From positions 717,161-781,160 of the forward strand of contig OY288106.1 in the NCBI GenBank assembly GCA_958431155.1: DNA of 64,000 nucleotides, in the 5' to 3' direction. Of the stretch, positions 55,618-64,000 are shown piece after piece (within the stretch, counting starts at the first letter, position 1; every line of letters starts with the position of its first letter). Made by a program: the position numbers and the translations under genes. The notes beneath the pieces are model-generated. The model did not search any database. It worked only from the letters and a program-made list of their open reading frames with translations, and was not told the origin of the DNA. The DNA comes from an uncultured candidatus Porisulfidus sp. Its GTDB lineage: Bacteria > Pseudomonadota > Gammaproteobacteria > Poriferisulfidales > Poriferisulfidaceae.

Positions 55618-55974
55618 TTAGAACTTGAGCCCCGCTTCCCGCGCAGCTTCCGCCAGCGCGCGCACGCGACCGTGATACCGGAACCGCCCGCGGTCGAACC
55701 AGACCGCTTCCACTTTCGCTTTGAGCGCCCGTTCCGCCAGTATGCGCCCGACCTGTTCGGCCGCCGCGCAATTGCCGGTTGTCTTGAGTTCCTTGCGCAG
55801 GTCCGGGGTCAGGGTCGAGGCCTGGGCGATCACCTGGGCGCCGTCCGGACTGAGCACCTGGGCGTACACGTGCCGCAGCGTGCGGTGCACGGTCAGCCGA
55901 TGCCGATCGGAGTCCTGCAGCCGGGTGCGGACCCGGCGGATGCGCCGGCGGCGGGTCGGGTCGGTCTGACTCAT
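55618..55974 (-). CDS. rplR: 50S protein uL18
   Basis: [20 protein letters not shown]. Confidence 0.96.
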   Translation of the reverse strand: MSQTDPTRRRRIRRVRTRLQDSDRHRLTVHRTLRHVYAQVLSPDGAQVIAQASTLTPDLRKELKTTGNCAAAEQVGRILAERALKAKVEAVWFDRGRFRYHGRVRALAEAAREAGLKF

Positions 55975-56495
55975 TTCTTCTTCGCCTCCTTGCGCAACAC
56001 CCGCTCGTCGCTGTAGCGCACGCCCTTGCCCTTGTACGGCTCCGGCGGCCGGTACGCGCGGATCTCCGCCGCCGCCTGGCCGACCTTTTGCTTGTCGATC
56101 CCGGACACCACCACCTCAGTCTGGCTGGGGGTCTCCAAGGTCACGCCTTCGGGCGCGGTATAGTCGATCGGGTGCGAGAAGCCAAGGTTCAGGTTCAGGG
56201 CCTTGCCGCGCATCTGCGCCCGGTAGCCGACGCCGACCAGTTCCAGCTTCTTCGAGTAGCCCTCCTGGACCCCCTTGATGTTGTTCACGAGCAGGGAATT
56301 CATCGTTCCCGCCAGCGCGGACGCCTGCGGCGGCGCATCGAAGTACACCACGCGGTCCTCTTCGCGCACGCTGACCGGTTCCGCCAGCTGCAGCGACAGT
56401 TCACCCTTGGGGCCCTTGACCGTCACCTGCTGGCCGTCGAGAGAGAACTCGACCTTGTCCGGCAGCGGGATGGGGCGGCTTGCAATTCGCGACAT
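55971..56495 (-). CDS. rplF: 50S protein uL6
   Basis: VKGPKG, GVGYRA, PEPYKGKG. Confidence 0.97.
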   Translation of the reverse strand: MSRIASRPIPLPDKVEFSLDGQQVTVKGPKGELSLQLAEPVSVREEDRVVYFDAPPQASALAGTMNSLLVNNIKGVQEGYSKKLELVGVGYRAQMRGKALNLNLGFSHPIDYTAPEGVTLETPSQTEVVVSGIDKQKVGQAAAEIRAYRPPEPYKGKGVRYSDERVLRKEAKKK

Positions 56496-56498
56496 CGC

Positions 56499-56894
56499 TT
56501 ACTCCACGGTGCAAAGGATCTCGCCGCCATGGCCGCCCTTTCGGGCCGCATGATCGGTCATAACGCCGTGCGAAGTCGACACGACCGCGATGCCCAGGCC
56601 TCCCCGAACCCACGGCAGGTCGTCTGCAGCACGGTAGACGCGAAGCCCAGGCCGGCTCACCCGGCGCAGGCGGTTGATCACCGGCTTGTCTTCGTGATAC
56701 TTCAGGGTGATCCGCAACTGGTTGCAGGGCTGGCCCTCCTCGACTTCGTAGCCGATGAGATAACCCTCGTCGCGCAGCACCCGGACGACCGACTCGCGGT
56801 GCTTCGAATAGTTCATTTCCACCGTCTCGTGCCGCGCCTGCTGGGCATTGCGGATGCGGGTCAGCATATCGGCGATCGGATCTTGCATGCTCAT
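56499..56894 (-). CDS. rpsH: 30S protein uS8
   Basis: [21 protein letters not shown]. Confidence 0.97.
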   Translation of the reverse strand: MSMQDPIADMLTRIRNAQQARHETVEMNYSKHRESVVRVLRDEGYLIGYEVEEGQPCNQLRITLKYHEDKPVINRLRRVSRPGLRVYRAADDLPWVRGGLGIAVVSTSHGVMTDHAARKGGHGGEILCTVE

Positions 56895-56904
56895 GGCGTC
56901 GTCC

Positions 56905-57210
56905 TCACCAGCTGGACTTGGTCAGTCCCGGAATGTCGCCGCGCATGGCCGCTTCGCGCAGCTTGTTGCGGCCCAAGCCGAAGCGCCGGTAATACCCGCG
57001 CGGACGGCCGGTGATGCTGCACCGGTTGCGCAGGCGCATCGGCGAGGCGTCGCGCGGCATCTTTTGCAGCGTGTCCTGGGCTGCCATGCGCTGTTCCAAC
57101 GTGCTGCTCGGGTCCTTGATGACGGCGCGCGCAGCCGCGCGGCGCTTGGCATAGCAACGCACCAGGCGCTGACGCTTAAGGTCTCTCTGAACCATGCTGA
57201 CTTTGGCCAT
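56905..57210 (-). CDS. rpsN: 30S protein uS14 (long, Zn-free form)
   Basis: [21 protein letters not shown]. Confidence 0.97.
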   Translation of the reverse strand: MAKVSMVQRDLKRQRLVRCYAKRRAAARAVIKDPSSTLEQRMAAQDTLQKMPRDASPMRLRNRCSITGRPRGYYRRFGLGRNKLREAAMRGDIPGLTKSSW

Positions 57211-57213
57211 GCT

Positions 57214-57753
57214 TCAACTCCGAAGGGGAAATTTGAACGCGCGCAGCAGCGCCTCGGCGTGGGCGTCGTCGCGGGCATTGGTGGTAATGGTCACATCCAG
57301 TCCTCGCATCTGGTCAATGTTGTCGTAGTCGATCTCGGGGAAGACGATCTGCTCGGGGATGCCCATGCTGTAGTTTCCGCGTCCGTCGAAGGAACGCAGC
57401 GGCAATCCGCGGAAATCGCGCATCCGGGGGATCACGATGTTGATCAGCCGGTCCAGAAACTCGTACATCAGGGTCCGGCGCAGGGTCACCCGGCAACCGA
57501 CCGGCCAGCCATCGCGGATGGCGAATCCGGCCACCGACTTACGTGCCCGGGTCACCACCGGTTTCTGGCTGGTGATGCGCTCGAGGTCGTTCAGCGCGTT
57601 CTGGATGATCTTCTTGTCGCGCGCGCTCGCGCCGAGTCCCATGTTCAGCGTGATCTTCTCAAGCCGAGGCACAGCCATCGGGCTGCTCACCTTGAGCTCC
57701 TTCTGCAGCTGGGGCAGGATCTCTTCCTGGTACTGTTGTTTCAGACGGGCCAT
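57214..57753 (-). CDS. rplE: 50S protein uL5
   Basis: KITLNMG, RDFRG, FDGRGNY. Confidence 0.97.
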   Translation of the reverse strand: MARLKQQYQEEILPQLQKELKVSSPMAVPRLEKITLNMGLGASARDKKIIQNALNDLERITSQKPVVTRARKSVAGFAIRDGWPVGCRVTLRRTLMYEFLDRLINIVIPRMRDFRGLPLRSFDGRGNYSMGIPEQIVFPEIDYDNIDQMRGLDVTITTNARDDAHAEALLRAFKFPLRS

Positions 57754-57760
57754 GGCAACC

Positions 57761-58078
57761 TCAGATGTCGATGACTTCCTGGTTGGACTTGAAGAAGCGG
57801 ACCTTGCGGCCGTCCTCCAGGGTGCGGAAGCCGACCCGGTCCGGGCTCTGGGTCGTCGGGTTGTAGATCTGCACGTTGGAGAGGTCCAGCGGTGCCTCGC
57901 GTTCGACGATGCCGCCCTGCAGGCCAGCCTGCGGGTTCGGCTTGGTGTGCTTCTTCACCAGGTTCAGCCCTTCCACGACCACCCGCCTGTCCGGCAGCAT
58001 GCGCAGCACCGTGCCCTGCCGGCCACGGTCCCTGCCGGCCATGATCACCACCGTATCGCCCTTGCGGATTTTGTTCAT
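57761..58078 (-). CDS. rplX: 50S protein uL24
   Basis: [17 protein letters not shown]. Confidence 0.96.
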   Translation of the reverse strand: MNKIRKGDTVVIMAGRDRGRQGTVLRMLPDRRVVVEGLNLVKKHTKPNPQAGLQGGIVEREAPLDLSNVQIYNPTTQSPDRVGFRTLEDGRKVRFFKSNQEVIDI

Positions 58079-58085
58079 GGCCGCC

Positions 58086-58454
58086 TCACAGCACCTCCGG
58101 CGCCAGGGAGATGATCTTCATGAACCTCTCCGAACGCAACTCCCGAGTCACCGGACCGAACACGCGCGTGCCGATCGGCTGCATCTGGTTGTTAAGCAGT
58201 ACAGCGGCATTGCGGTCGAAGCGGATCAGCGAACCGTCGCCACGGCGGACGCCGTGCGCCGTGCGCACCACCACCGCGTTGAGCACCTCGCCCTTGCGCA
58301 CCTTGCCGCGCGGGATCGCGTCCTTGACGCTGACCTTGATCACGTCGCCGATGCGTGCATAGCGCCGGCGGGACCCGCCGAGCACCTTGATGCACTGCAC
58401 CTTGCGCGCGCCGCTGTTGTCGGCCGCGTCCAGCATGGTCTCGACCTGGATCAC
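58086..58454 (-). CDS. rplN: 50S protein uL14
   Basis: GTG start; [15 protein letters not shown]. Confidence 0.97.
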   Translation of the reverse strand: MIQVETMLDAADNSGARKVQCIKVLGGSRRRYARIGDVIKVSVKDAIPRGKVRKGEVLNAVVVRTAHGVRRGDGSLIRFDRNAAVLLNNQMQPIGTRVFGPVTRELRSERFMKIISLAPEVL

Positions 58455-58714
58455 GAACTTCCCTCCGTCGCCACCTTGAGGACTTCGACCAGCTCCCAGG
58501 CCTTGTGCCGGGAGTGCGGGCGGCATTCGCGAATCCGCACCTGGTCGCCAATGTGGGCCTGGTTCTCCTCGTCGTGCACCAGGACCTTGGTCGACCGGCG
58601 AATGTACTTGCCGTACAAGGGGTGGCGGATCTGGCGCACCACCTTGACGGAGGCAGTCTTGTCCATGCGGTCGCTGACCACCTGGCCGATCACGGAGCGG
58701 ATCTTCTCGCTCAT
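58451..58714 (-). CDS. rpsQ: 30S protein uS17
   Basis: [23 protein letters not shown]. Confidence 0.97.
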   Translation of the reverse strand: MSEKIRSVIGQVVSDRMDKTASVKVVRQIRHPLYGKYIRRSTKVLVHDEENQAHIGDQVRIRECRPHSRHKAWELVEVLKVATEGSS

Positions 58715-58911
58715 TCCTTTTCCCCCTGCCGACGTTCCGTCAACAATGTCTTGACCCGGGCGATGTCGCGACGCGTCTCCCGAATGGTGTGGTTGCGCGC
58801 CAGCTGGCCGGTGCGCAGCTGCATCCGCATCTCGAACTCGCTGCGCCGTAGACGCAGCAGTTCGTCACGCAGTTCCGCGTCGTCTTTCGCGCGCAGGACC
58901 GGCATGTCCAT
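58711..58911 (-). CDS. rpmC: 50S protein uL29
   Basis: GQL...RRDIARVKT; position in operon. Confidence 0.94.
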   Translation of the reverse strand: MDMPVLRAKDDAELRDELLRLRRSEFEMRMQLRTGQLARNHTIRETRRDIARVKTLLTERRQGEKE

Positions 58912-59324
58912 CAGGCGAGTGTCCGATGCGCGAAGGTGGTCTGGACCGGCAACTTGGCAGCAGCGCGGCGAAATGCCTCGCGCGCCATCTCCTCCTGGAC
59001 GCCTTCAATTTCGTAGAGCATGCGGCCCGGCTGGATCTTGGCCACCCAGTACTCGACATTGCCCTTGCCCTTGCCCTGGCGCGACTCCAGCGGCTTCTTG
59101 GTCACCGGGACGTCCGGAAACACACGGATCCAGATCTTGCCGCCGCGCCGGATATGGCGGGTCATGGCACGCCGCGCGGCCTCGATCTGGCGGGCAGTCA
59201 AGCGCCCGCCGGTGGTCGCCTTCAGACCGTACTCGCCAAAGCTGACCTTGTGCCCGCGCAGTGACAGGCCCCGGTTGCGGCCTTTCTGCTGCTTGCGGTA
59301 GCGGGTGCGCTTGGGTTGCATCAT
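58911..59324 (-). CDS. rplP: 50S protein uL16
   Basis: [20 protein letters not shown]. Confidence 0.97.
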   Translation of the reverse strand: MMQPKRTRYRKQQKGRNRGLSLRGHKVSFGEYGLKATTGGRLTARQIEAARRAMTRHIRRGGKIWIRVFPDVPVTKKPLESRQGKGKGNVEYWVAKIQPGRMLYEIEGVQEEMAREAFRRAAAKLPVQTTFAHRTLA

Positions 59325-59338
59325 GACAGCGGTCTCGG

Positions 59339-59998
59339 TTACTTGCCGGTCGAGCCGTCCGGCCCGCCGATCTCGCCGTTGAAGATCCAGGCCTTAACGC
59401 CAATGGTGCCGTAGGTGGTGTGTGCCTCGGCGAATCCGTAGTCAATGTCCGCACGCAGGGTATGTAGCGGGACTCGGCCCTCGCGGCACCATTCGCTGCG
59501 CGCGATCTCGGCGCCGTTGAGGCGCCCGGCCACGTTCAGCTTGATCCCCTGGACGCCGAGCCGCATGGCATTCTGCACGGCCCGCTTCATGGCGCGCCGG
59601 TACATGATGCGCCCTTCCAGCTGCTGGGCGACACTTTCGGCCACCAGGTGGGCGTCCACTTCCGGGTTGTGGATCTCGTCGATATTGATCTTGACCGTGC
59701 CGAGGGCCAGGCCCATCATCTGCGCGACTTCGCGGCGCAGGTTCTCGATGTCGCTGCCCTTCTTGCCGATCACGATGCCGGGGCGAGCCGTGTGGATGGT
59801 GATCTCGGCCGTGTCGTTGCGCCGCTCGATCTGGATGTGGCTCACCGACGCCTGTGCCAGCTTGCGGCGCAGGAAATCGCGGACGATAAGATCGTTGTTG
59901 AGCTGGTCCCGGTACTCGCCACGCTCCGCGTACCAGTTCGAGTTCCAGTCGGTCATGATGCCGAGGCGGAATCCGATCGGATTGACTTTCTGTCCCAT
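59339..59998 (-). CDS. rpsC: 30S protein uS3
   Basis: [31 protein letters not shown]. Confidence 0.98.
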   Translation of the reverse strand: MGQKVNPIGFRLGIMTDWNSNWYAERGEYRDQLNNDLIVRDFLRRKLAQASVSHIQIERRNDTAEITIHTARPGIVIGKKGSDIENLRREVAQMMGLALGTVKINIDEIHNPEVDAHLVAESVAQQLEGRIMYRRAMKRAVQNAMRLGVQGIKLNVAGRLNGAEIARSEWCREGRVPLHTLRADIDYGFAEAHTTYGTIGVKAWIFNGEIGGPDGSTGK

Positions 59999-60002
59999 GG
60001 CG

Positions 60003-60344
60003 TTATTCCTCCGCGTCGCTCAGCACGACCGTGATGTGGCTGGTGCGCTTGAGGATCCTCCCGACCCGGCCCCGTGCGCGCGGGCGGAAGCGCTTGAACA
60101 CTGGCCCCTCGTCGACCATTACGCGGCGTACCCGCAACAGGTCGATGTCCGCGCCGTGGTTGTGCTCCGCATTGGCCAGCGCCGATTCCATGGTCTTGCG
60201 CATCAGTTGTGCCGCCTTGTGCGGCGAGAAGCGCAGAATCTCCAGTGCCTCCCCGACCGGCAGGCTGCGCACCTGGTTGGCCACCAGCCGGCATTTACGC
60301 GGGCTGATGCGCTGGTAGCGGGAGATGCAGCGCGTTTCCATCAT
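60003..60344 (-). CDS. rplV: 50S protein uL22
   Basis: [23 protein letters not shown]. Confidence 0.97.
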   Translation of the reverse strand: MMETRCISRYQRISPRKCRLVANQVRSLPVGEALEILRFSPHKAAQLMRKTMESALANAEHNHGADIDLLRVRRVMVDEGPVFKRFRPRARGRVGRILKRTSHITVVLSDAEE

Positions 60345-60616
60345 ACCTTCGCCTTGCGGTCGCCTGCATGCTGCCGGAACGTGCGCGTCAGAGCGAACTC
60401 GCCGAGCTTGTGTCCCACCATGTTCTCGTTGACCAGCACCGGGATATGTCGGCGGCCGTCGTACACGGCCAGCGTGAGCCCGACCATCTCCGGCACGATC
60501 ATGGAGCGCCGCGACCAGGTCTTAATCTGGCGGCGGTCGTTGTTCTTGGCGGCCTCGAGCACCTTGGCCATCAGGTGATGGTCAACGAACGGGCCTTTCT
60601 TCAGTGAACGTGACAT
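60341..60616 (-). CDS. rpsS: 30S protein uS19
   Basis: [21 protein letters not shown]. Confidence 0.97.
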   Translation of the reverse strand: MSRSLKKGPFVDHHLMAKVLEAAKNNDRRQIKTWSRRSMIVPEMVGLTLAVYDGRRHIPVLVNENMVGHKLGEFALTRTFRQHAGDRKAKV

Positions 60617-60620
60617 GGGG

Positions 60621-61454
60621 TTACCGTTGCTTCTTGCGTCTGCGGCGGACAATCAGGTAGCTGGTCCGCTTGTTGTGGCGGGTCTTGTGCCCCTTGGTCG
60701 GCACGCCCCAGGGCGTGACCGGATGGCGACCGCCGGAAGTCTTGCCCTCGCCCCCGCCGTGCGGGTGGTCGACCGGGTTCATGGCCACGCCACGCACCGT
60801 CGGGCGCACTCCGCGCCAGCGCTTTGCGCCGGCCTTGCCGAGCTTGGCCAGGGAATGTTCAGAATTGCCTACTTCGCCGATCACCGCGCGGCACTCGCTC
60901 AGCACCTTGCGCACCTCGCCGGAGCGCAGCCGCAGCGTGGCGTAGGAGCCCTCGCGGGCCAGCAGTTGCACGTAGGCGCCCGCGCTGCGCGCCAGGCGCG
61001 CACCGCCTCCGGGACGCAGTTCCACGCCGTGCACCACGATACCGACCGGCATGTTCCGCAGGGGCAGGCAGTTGCCCGGTGAGATCGGCGCCTTGTCGCC
61101 GGAGATCACTTCCATCCCCGCCTTCAGGCCCTCGGCGGCAACGATGTAGCGCCGTTCCCCGTCCGCATACAGCAGCAGGGCGATGTGCGCGCTGCGGTTC
61201 GGGTCGTATTCGATTCGTTCCACCCGGGCCGGGATGTCGTCCTTGTTCCGGCGGAAGTCGATAGTCCGGTAAAGCTGCTTGTGGCCCCCGCCGATGTGCC
61301 GGGTGGTGATGCGCCCCTGGTTGTTGCGCCCTCCCGTCTTCGACTGGCCCTGGACCAGGGCACGATGCGGCCGTCCGCGGTGCAGGTCCGGCGTGCGAAC
61401 GCTGGCGCGGAAGCGGCGACCGGGAGAGGTCGGGCGAGCCTTGACGACGGTCAT
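60621..61454 (-). CDS. rplB: 50S protein uL2
   Basis: [28 protein letters not shown]. Confidence 0.98.
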   Translation of the reverse strand: MTVVKARPTSPGRRFRASVRTPDLHRGRPHRALVQGQSKTGGRNNQGRITTRHIGGGHKQLYRTIDFRRNKDDIPARVERIEYDPNRSAHIALLLYADGERRYIVAAEGLKAGMEVISGDKAPISPGNCLPLRNMPVGIVVHGVELRPGGGARLARSAGAYVQLLAREGSYATLRLRSGEVRKVLSECRAVIGEVGNSEHSLAKLGKAGAKRWRGVRPTVRGVAMNPVDHPHGGGEGKTSGGRHPVTPWGVPTKGHKTRHNKRTSYLIVRRRRKKQR

Positions 61455-61906
61455 GCGCCGATCTCCGTGCCTTCTAGGTTCTGGCCGGGGGCAAGCCGTA
61501 CATAGGCCTTGCTCCAGTCATTGCGGCGACCCTGGCGTTTGACCTTGCCGCGGACGTTGGTCATCCGCACGGCATCGACTTTCACGTCGAACATCTTCTC
61601 CACCGCGTACTTGACCTCGTTGCGGGTCGCGTCTTTCAGCACCTCGAAAACGTACTGTTCCTGTTCCGCCAGACGGACCGACTTCTCGGACATCCGCGTA
61701 CTCAGGATCACTTGGCTCAGGCGTTCCTCGCCGGGCTTCTTGACTTCGACCGGGGCCGGTTTGGGCGTGGCCGGAGCTGCTGCTGCCTTCTTCGCCGCAA
61801 CCGGCTTGGCTTCGGCTTCCGGTTTCTCGACCTTCTTGACTTCCTCGACCGGCGCGGCCTTCGGTTTGCCCTTCAGGAGGCCCTTGATCTTTCCGAACAT
61901 GCTCAT
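61451..61906 (-). CDS. rplW: 50S protein uL23 with about 58-aa N-terminal extension
   Basis: [29 protein letters not shown] overlap with rplD and GGAGGTG RBS. Confidence 0.94.
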   Translation of the reverse strand: MSMFGKIKGLLKGKPKAAPVEEVKKVEKPEAEAKPVAAKKAAAAPATPKPAPVEVKKPGEERLSQVILSTRMSEKSVRLAEQEQYVFEVLKDATRNEVKYAVEKMFDVKVDAVRMTNVRGKVKRQGRRNDWSKAYVRLAPGQNLEGTEIGA

Positions 61907-62526
61907 GATGCCGCACCTCCCAGACGTTGCTGCAGAAGGCTCAGCGCCGACCGGGTGATCAGCACATGCTCATAGCGCAACAGCGATACCGGGTCCACCG
62001 CATTCACCTCGCAGGCGTCGTAGTTCGGCAGGTTGCGCACGGCCAGGTGCACGTTCGACTCCATTCTCTCGATCAGGATCAACACACTGGTCAGACCGAG
62101 TCCTTCAAGCTTCTCGCGCGCCAAGCGGGTCTTCGGCTCCGGTAGTTCGAACGATTCCACGACATGCAGGCGTTCCTGACGCAGAAGTTCGGAGAAGATC
62201 GAACGCATTGCGTGGCGGTACATCTTCTTGTTCAATTTGGGGTTATACGTGCGGTTGCTGGCTGGATGCGTCACTCCCCCGCTACGCCAGATCGGTGAGC
62301 GGATGCTCCCGGCCCGCGCCCGCCCGGTGCCTTTCTGTCGCCAGGGCTTGGCCCCACCGCCGCGCACGGCGGCACGGTTCTTCTGCGCAGAGGTCCCCTG
62401 GCGGCCGCGCTGGGCGTAGGCCACCACCGCCTGGTGGATCAGTGCCTCGTGAAACGCCACGTCGAAGCATTCGTCTGCAACGGTTACGGCAGCCTGGGTA
62501 TCGCGGGTCTTCAGTTCCATGTCCAT
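61903..62526 (-). CDS. rplD: 50S protein uL4
   Basis: KPWRQKGTGRARAG, KLNKKM. Confidence 0.97.
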   Translation of the reverse strand: MDMELKTRDTQAAVTVADECFDVAFHEALIHQAVVAYAQRGRQGTSAQKNRAAVRGGGAKPWRQKGTGRARAGSIRSPIWRSGGVTHPASNRTYNPKLNKKMYRHAMRSIFSELLRQERLHVVESFELPEPKTRLAREKLEGLGLTSVLILIERMESNVHLAVRNLPNYDACEVNAVDPVSLLRYEHVLITRSALSLLQQRLGGAAS

Positions 62527-62530
62527 ACCC

Positions 62531-63160
62531 TCACCGCGCCGGACGGACGACGACCCGCCCGCCGGTGGCACCTGGAACGGCACCGCGAATCCACAGCAGT
62601 TGCTCTTCGCTACTGACCTGGACCACTTCCAAGTTGCGCTGGGTGACCTGCTTGCCGCCCATGCGCCCGGGCATCTTCTTGCCCTTGAACACGCGCCCCG
62701 GGAACTGGCACTGCCCGGTCGCACCCATGACCCGGTGCGACAGCGAGTTGCCGTGCGACTGGTCCTGGCCGTGGAAATTGTGGCGCTTGATCGTACCGGC
62801 AAAGCCCTTGCCGATGGTGGTGCCGCTGACGTTGACTTTCTGGCCAGCCTCGAACAGGTCCGCGCCCACCTCGGCGCCGACCTCCGGGAGCTCCGCGTCC
62901 GCGTCGACCCTGAATTCCTTGAGGCCGCGGGCGGTCTCCAGCCCGGCCTGCTTGAGTTCGCCCGCCAACGGGCGGCGCATGCGCTTCGCCGGGCGGGTGC
63001 CGTAGCTCATCTGCACGGCCGAGTAGCCGTCCGATTCTCCGGTCTTGACGCGCACTACCCGGTTGGAATCGACGGCCACCAGTGTTACCGGCACGGACTC
63101 GCCGCTGTCGCGGAAGAGCCGCGTCATGCCGATCTTGGTTCCGATGATGCCGAGACTCAT
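62531..63160 (-). CDS. rplC: 50S protein uL3
   Basis: [19 protein letters not shown]. Confidence 0.97.
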   Translation of the reverse strand: MSLGIIGTKIGMTRLFRDSGESVPVTLVAVDSNRVVRVKTGESDGYSAVQMSYGTRPAKRMRRPLAGELKQAGLETARGLKEFRVDADAELPEVGAEVGADLFEAGQKVNVSGTTIGKGFAGTIKRHNFHGQDQSHGNSLSHRVMGATGQCQFPGRVFKGKKMPGRMGGKQVTQRNLEVVQVSSEEQLLWIRGAVPGATGGRVVVRPAR

Positions 63161-63172
63161 GACGCCGTTCCC

Positions 63173-63565
63173 TTACTTGAGCTGGACGTTAATGCCTGCG
63201 GGCAAATCCAGTTTCATCAACGCGTCCACTGTCTTCTCGGAAGGGTTGATGATGTCGATCATGCGCTTGTGGGTGCGGATCTCGTACTGGTCGCGCGCAT
63301 CCTTGTCGACGTGCGGGGAAATCAGCACGGTGAACAGTTCCCGGCGGGTCGGCAGCGGAATGGGGCCGTGCACCTGGGCACCGGTGCGCCGTGCCGTCTC
63401 GACAATCTCGCGCGCCGACTGGTCCACCAGCCGATGGTCGAAGGCCTTCAGCCGCAGCCGCAGGCTGCTGTAGCGGCCCTTGCCCTTCTTCGGTGCGGCC
63501 GCGACCGCCTCGGACACCGCAGTCTCCGGTTTCGGTTGGCGGGCTTTTTTCTTCGGTGCGGCCAT
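63173..63565 (-). CDS. rpsJ: 30S protein uS10 (NusE) with about 28-aa N-terminal extension
   Basis: [26 protein letters not shown]. Confidence 0.96.
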   Translation of the reverse strand: MAAPKKKARQPKPETAVSEAVAAAPKKGKGRYSSLRLRLKAFDHRLVDQSAREIVETARRTGAQVHGPIPLPTRRELFTVLISPHVDKDARDQYEIRTHKRMIDIINPSEKTVDALMKLDLPAGINVQLK

Positions 63566-63604
63566 GATTCGGTTCGGTCTGCGGTTATTCGGAATGGATA
63601 GGCG

Positions 63605-64000
<396 letters not shown>

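Overview
Mostly core-genome window of a GC-rich gammaproteobacterium (GC about 60-65% by eye; lineage not determinable here). Order: ftsK (partial)/trxB; a GldA/GldF/GldG/DUF4340 ABC operon behind a near-consensus sigma32 promoter; an uncharacterised MotA/TolQ/ExbB + MotB/ZorB-like coiled-coil pair with a recent 159-bp internal duplication; a glyW-cysT-leuZ tRNA operon whose tRNA-Leu(UAA) is split by a 217-nt group I intron; a lower-GC TbpB-like lipoprotein; aceA-icd; tRNA-Ser; degQ-mrdA-rodA-mltB-rlpA-dacA-dat-lipB-lipA; YkgJ-phosphoesterase-cfa; rne with a structured leader; recJ-nadD-rsfS-maf-yhdP (rlmH and rng absent); three methanopterin/methanofuran-type cofactor genes; miaB-ybeZ-ybeY-corC-lnt; ssb/MFS/uvrA; and the S10-spc-alpha ribosomal cluster up to a partial tuf. 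No CRISPR, integrase or transposase was seen. Best leads: the orphan 5:2-type ion motor with a long periplasmic rod, the tRNA intron, a uL23 with an amphipathic N-terminal extension and a shortened tunnel loop, and the heat-shock promoter on the Gld-like ABC system. All family calls come from motif recognition by eye, not database searches.
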